Assembly (NCBI GenBank): GCA_965645245.1
Contig: OZ287069.1
Coordinates: 1,178,001-1,242,000, forward strand
Direction: 5' to 3'
DNA length: 64,000 bases
Source: Massalongia carnosa
Taxonomy: Eukaryota
Each line of letters begins with the position of its first letter. Positions within the stretch are counted from its first letter, which is position 1. Position numbers and translations under genes: made by a program. Below the pieces are notes generated by a model, which saw only the letters and a list, made by a program, of their open reading frames with translations, did not search any database and was not told the DNA's origin. This document shows positions 57,923-64,000 of this stretch, in pieces.

Positions 57923-60900
57923 TACTATGCCCATTCTGGAAGTTCTTCATCTGTTATTGATTTAACTTTTGCAAATTCTAAAATCGAAAATGCAATTACA
58001 AATTGGTCAATCGATGAAAACGTAGTCACAGGTTCTGATCATGAAGTCATCCGATTTGAACTAATAGCATCTTTCAAAAACTTGACGTCACATGCAACCG
58101 CATTATCGAATAAATACAATTGCAATAAAGCCGATTGGAATAAATTCGCGAAGTATCTAGACAAAAATTCAACCATCTACGAATCACAAGTTCAAAGTTT
58201 ATTGAATAATCATCAATTCGACGAATCAGCGATATATTTGAAAAACGTTATCAAAAACGCGGCTGAAATGTTTATTCCGAAAACGAAAATTTGTGCAAAA
58301 TCGAAAAATTGGTGGTCGCAAGATTTAACGGAACTTCGAAAAACCATGTGCAGACATCGTCGAGAATGGAAGAATTATCCGTCCGATTTTAGTCATCGGA
58401 CGTTTAAACATAGTCGAATCGAGTATTTTCATGCAATTCGAAAAGCAAAACAACAAACATGGTTGACTTTTCTAGAAAATGCAGCAAATAAAGATGTATT
58501 TACCGCGTATAAATACACTAAACCGCGCATATTCGAAAATATACCGCCGATTCTACATGAAAACAAGCTAAATGTTCAGTTTGATGACAAATGCGATGCA
58601 TTTGTGTCAGCAATGTATACAAAAAACCCATTTATTGACGATAATGAGGAAGATTTATCAAATCAAGACATCGAAAATGATGATAATTGGCCAGATTTGA
58701 CCGAAAACGATATGAAAAATGCGATTAGTTTATTTAATCCTAAGAAAGCATGTGGACCTGATGCAATCAATTTTTCAATTGTTCAAAAATCGTTTCAATC
58801 GTTGAAAAACGTGTTTTTCATGATTTATTCGAAATTCATTCGAATCGGTTATCACCCGTTATGCTGGCGGACAGGACACGGTGCAGTTCTGAAAAAACCT
58901 AATAAATCAGACTATTCGTTTCCAAAATCATATCGAATTATCACATTACTAAATTGTCTTGGTAAAATTGCTGAGAAAATCGTTGCAAATCGACTAGCCT
59001 ACTTCGGCGAAAATTCGAATTTACTCGATATGGAACAGATGGGCGGACGCAAAAATCATTCTGCAATTGACGCAATAATGAACGTTGTTCATGATATTGA
59101 AATTGCAAATAGAAATAAAAACGTCTTATCATGTTTATTACTCGATGTCAAAGGCGCATTTGACTTTGTCTCGATTAATCAACTGCTAAATGTTATGAAA
59201 AAGCTGAAATTATCTCGCATAATAATTCAGTGGGTCAAGCATTTCATGACAAAACGATCGATCAATTTGATATTTGATGAAAATTTAAGCAAAACATATT
59301 ATGTCGAATCAGGAATTCCACAAGGCTCACCAATCTCGCCTATTCTATTTCTGATTTATATTCGTTACTTGTTTCCGAAAATACGAATGAAATTCAATGC
59401 ACATTCACCCAGTTTTATTGACGATGTTGCAATATATGTTGAAAATAAAACCGCAAAACAGAATTGCAAAGAAACCGAAATCATAGTCAAAACTGCTTTT
59501 GATTGGGCCGCATCGAATAATGTCAAATTTGATGACGATAAATCCGAGCTGATTCACTTCGAAAAGACAAGAAATGTATCGAAAGAGACATTGGAATTAC
59601 CAAACGGGACAGTACTAGAACCGAAAAATGTAGTCGAATGGTTGGGCGTCTGGTTAGACCGAAAACTAAATTTCAAAAAACACGTCGAAACGCGGATCTC
59701 TTCTGCGAAGCGATCGTTTTTTGCAATTCAGAATTTGATGAAATCCGAATGGGGTCTGAAACCGACCGCATGCAGACAGCTCTATATGTCATGCATTATT
59801 CCTATTTCGGACTACGGCTCAGAAATTTGGTATAATCGTCAAAAGAAATATGAAAAACTATTTCAGAACCTACCAAATCAAATGATTCGAAAGATTTGAA
59901 CTTTCAAAACCACACCTGTTCAGGCGATGGAAATTGAATCACATAATTTACCAGTTAGACTTCGATTATAAATAAAAAATAAAAAATACGCAATTCGATT
60001 ATTGAAGATTGCCGAAAATAACCCTATTTGTCAAAGAATTCCAAATACATATTCGATAAAATTCGAAAATATCGGTTTTGACACAGGTTTATGGAACAAC
60101 AAATATACCGAATGGAACGAAGACGAAAAACAAACAAATAAATGACATCCTAGTGAGCTTATTCGCGTTCTTTATTCCGTTTCCGATATAGTTCACAAAA
60201 CTGATGAATTTGAACAATCAAATCATTTTATTAAACCTTGGAAATTGCCTTGCAAAATCGAATTTCAAATCGAAAATACAAAGGAATCTGCTAAATCAAG
60301 TTATTATTCGACCTTATTCAAAATTAAATCAATGAACTCCGATAAATCCCGAGTTTTACTTTATACAGATGGATCGAAGATCGAATTTGCAACGTCTGCA
60401 GTCACATTTGCGCCAATTATAAGGAATTGGAGTAATATTATCAATAATTTTAATCGATTTATCGAAAAAGATTGTCTGATCAAGTATCATACGATTTCGA
60501 AAAGCTGGAAATTAAGCAAACAGTCAATCATTAAAAATGCTGAACTGCATGCGATTTTACAAGCAATGAAATGGGTATATAAATTGTCGAATACTAATAT
60601 TTTATCGAACTTAGAAAAAACGATTTGGATTTTTTCTGATAGTATAAACGCGATAAACGAAATTCAGAACTTGACAAATCATATTTTCGCCAGACAAATT
60701 CGAAAGCTCGCAAAACTCTTATTTGAAAGCAATTTTCAGGTGATTTTGCAATGGGTTCAGAGTCATTCAAATATTACCGAAAACGAATTTGCAGACAAAA
60801 TAGCAAAGACGGGCCATAATCTTATCCTAATCGAGTCCTCGGCGATAACATTTGATTATGTAAAAAGATCAAATAAATCAAAATATGCTAACCACATGGA

Positions 60901-61589
60901 CGAATCAATGGCAACAATGCAAATCAAAAGGAAAATACTACGAGAAATTCGAAATGAAACCTGGCATGTCGAGATTTTATTATTTATCAAACAACTGTTC
61001 CAAATTGATGTTTGCTACTATTATGCAATTAAAATTCGGACACGGCTATTTTCGATCATATTTACAGCGATTGAAAGATTATAATTCGTCAAAATACACA
61101 AATCGATGCAATCAACGACAAACGCCAGAACACTTGTTATTGAATTGCATTCACTATTTCGATGAAATTCAAAACATGAAACAAAATATCGATACTACGA
61201 TCAACTTGAATATGTTGTTTAATACAAAAATCGGAAATGACATTTTGATTAAATTCATTGTCAATAACAAAATCGCGGCAAGAAAATGGATACTAGGTCA
61301 GCTTAATGACGAGATTTTCGAAACTGGAGGTTGGGGAGAGATCGAACAGTAAAATCAGAAACGATTTATGCTGAAACATTCACGAACTTACAAAGACAAA
61401 TTTTAAAATCGATATTCTTCGATTACTATAGGTTGTTACTAACACGGAGTAAAAATGGGGAAAAATTGACAATACATAGATGGATTATAAAGGGTTGATT
61501 TATTTGTAATATAGAAACATATCCTAAAATAGTTTAGTTTCATAACCTTAGGTTGAATACACTTAATGAATAAATAAAAAATAAAAAAA
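57923..61589 (+). mobile_element. Tad1-like LINE copy D, lacking its 5' part, with A-rich tail
   Basis: ORF2 starts inside the endonuclease; RT FIDD; frameshifts after 59899; tail 61568-61589. Confidence 0.93.
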
Positions 61590-64000
61590 TATCGGAAAAA
61601 ATCCATATTGTTTTTTTCTAAATTTGATAATATATTCTCGTTCGTTAACTTGTATACCCATTTGACTGCTTGTAAAATTGCATGAAGTTAAGCATTTTTA
61701 ATGCTTGACAGTTTGCTCAATTTCCACCTTTTCGAAATTGTATGATGTTGGATAAGGCAATCTTTTTCGATAAAGTGATCGAAATCATCGATAAAATTGT
61801 TCCATTTTCGCATAATTGGTGCAAATGTGACTGGATAAGTTGCAAATTCTACTTTTGATCAATCTTTATAAAGTAATATTAGTGATATTTCGGAATTCAT
61901 AGATTGAATTGTGGACAAAGTCGAATAATAACTTGATTTTGCTGTTTCTTTTGAGTTTTCGATTTTAAATTCGATTTTACACGACGACTTCCATGGTTTT
62001 ATGAAGTTATTTGATTGTTCGAATTCATCAGTTTTGTGAACTATGTCCGAAAGGGAGTGCAAAACACGAATAAGCTAACTAGGATGTCGTTTATTTGTTT
62101 GTTTTTCGTCTTCGTTCCATTCGGCATATTTGTTGTTCCATAAGCTAGTATCAAAACCGATGTTCTCGAATTTCATCGAATATGTGTTTGAAATTCTTTG
62201 ACAAATGGGATTATTTTCGGCAATCTTTAACAATCGAATAGCATATTTTTGATTTTTCATCAATAATCGTAGTTTGACAGGTAGAATATGTGATTGAATT
62301 TCCATCGCCTGAACAGGTGTGGTTTTGAATTTTCCTAAAATCTTTCGAATCATACGATTTTGCAAATTCTGAAATAGTTTTTCATATTTCTGTTGACCTT
62401 TGTACCAATTTCTGAACCATAATCCGAAATAGGAACTATGCATGACAAATAAAGCTGTCTACATGCAGTCGGTTTAAGACCCCACTCTGATTTCATCAAA
62501 TTTTGAACCCCAAAGAATGACCGATTTGCAGAAGAAATTCGAGTTTCGACGTGTTTTTTGTAAATCAGTTTTCGGTCGAGCCAAATTCCCATCCATTTGA
62601 CTACATTTTTCGGTTCCAGTATAGTTCCGTTTGGTAATTGTAGTGTGTCTTTCGATGCATTTCTTGTCTTTTCGAAGTGAATCAGTTCGGATTTTTCGTC
62701 ATCATATTTGACATTATTCGATGCGGCCCAATCAAATGCAGTTTTAACTATGATTTCGATTTCTTTGCAATTCTGTTTTGCAGTTTTGTTTTTGATATAT
62801 ATTGCAACATCGTCTATAAAACTAGGAGAATGTGTATTGAATTTCATTCCTATTTTCGGAAACAAGTGACGAATGTAAATCAGAAATAGAATAGGCGAGA
62901 TTGGTGAGCCTTGTGGAATTCCTGATTCGACATTATAGGTTTTGCTTTTATTTTCATCGAATATTAGATTGACCGAGCGTTTTGTCATAAAATTTTCGAC
63001 CCATTGAATAACTATACAAGATATCTTCAGGTTTTTCATGATATTTAACAGCTGATTAATCGATACAAAGTCAAATGCGCCTTTGATGTCGAGTAATAAA
63101 CATGATAAAACGTTCTTTTTTCGGTTCGCTATTTCGATATCATGAACGACGGTCATTACTGCGTCAATTGCAGAGTGATTTTTGCGTCCGCCCATCTGTT
63201 CGATGTCTAATAAATTCGAATTTTCGCCGAAGTAGGCAAGGCGATTTGCAACGATTTTCTCAGCAATTTTACCAAGTCAGTTTAGTAAAGTGATAATCCG
63301 ATATGATTTTGGCAGCGAATAATCTGATTTATTAGGTTTTTTCAAAACTGCACCGAGTCCTGTTCGCCAGCATAACGGATGATAACCGGTTTGAATGAAT
63401 TTTGAATAAATCATAAAAAACACATTTTTCAACGATTGAAACGATTTTTGAACAGTTGTAAAATTGATTGCATCAGGTCCACATGATTTTTTCGGATTAA
63501 ACAAACTAATCGCATTTTGCAACTCGTTTTCGGTCAAATCCGGCCAATTATTGTCATCTTCGTTGTCTTTATTCGATAAGTCTTCGACATTATAGTCTAT
63601 AAATGGGTTTTTTGTGTACATTGCTGCAACAAATGCATCGCATTTGTCATCGAATTGAATATTTAACTTATTTTCATATTGAATTGGTGGTATTTTTCTG
63701 AATATGCGCGGTTTAGTGTATTTATATGCTGTAAATAGGTCTTTATTCGCTGCATTTTCTAGAAAAGTCAACCAAGTTTGTTGTTTTGCTTTTCGAATTG
63801 CATGAAAATATTCGATTCGGCTATGTTTAAAGGTTCTATGACTAAAATCTGAGGGATAATTCTTCCATTCTCGTCGATGTCTAGACATAATTTTTCGGAG
63901 TTCAGTTAAATCTTGCGACTACCAATTTTTTGATTTTGCACATATTTTGGTCTTCGGAATAAACATTTCAGCTGCGTCTTTAATAATATCTTGCAAATAG
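61590..64000 (-). mobile_element. Tad1-like LINE copy E, ORF2 fragment running off the window
   Basis: Reverse-strand RT and partial RNase H, cut at WIFSD by the tail of copy D. Confidence 0.93.

Overview
Eukaryotic DNA from a filamentous ascomycete-like fungus, judged from GT-AG introns with CTRAY-type branch sites and fungal gene and TE families. Positions 1 to ~15.6 kb are genic: the 3' end of an ASPM/Sha1-like CH+IQ gene, an F-box gene, a probable pseudogene, a hypothetical gene, a DUF3431 gene, a small MITE and a 5-exon RGS-LOV-type blue-light receptor. From ~16.2 kb to the window end there is a gene-free, nested transposon block. It holds one Tc1/mariner, three pogo/Fot1-type elements, three Ty3/gypsy chromoviruses (one intact with matching LTRs), several solo LTRs, a 561-bp TRIM, an Ngaro-like tyrosine-recombinase (YR) retrotransposon and five Tad1-like LINE copies. 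Best leads: (1) the TRIM carries an in-register tRNA-derived A box in its LTR and a B box in its internal domain, plus an 11-bp self-priming complement; (2) the YR retroelement has no visible terminal repeats, but its joined ends form a recombinase-like palindrome; (3) self-priming and -1 frameshift signals co-vary across the Ty3 families. All calls come from reading the sequence by eye; no database searches were run.
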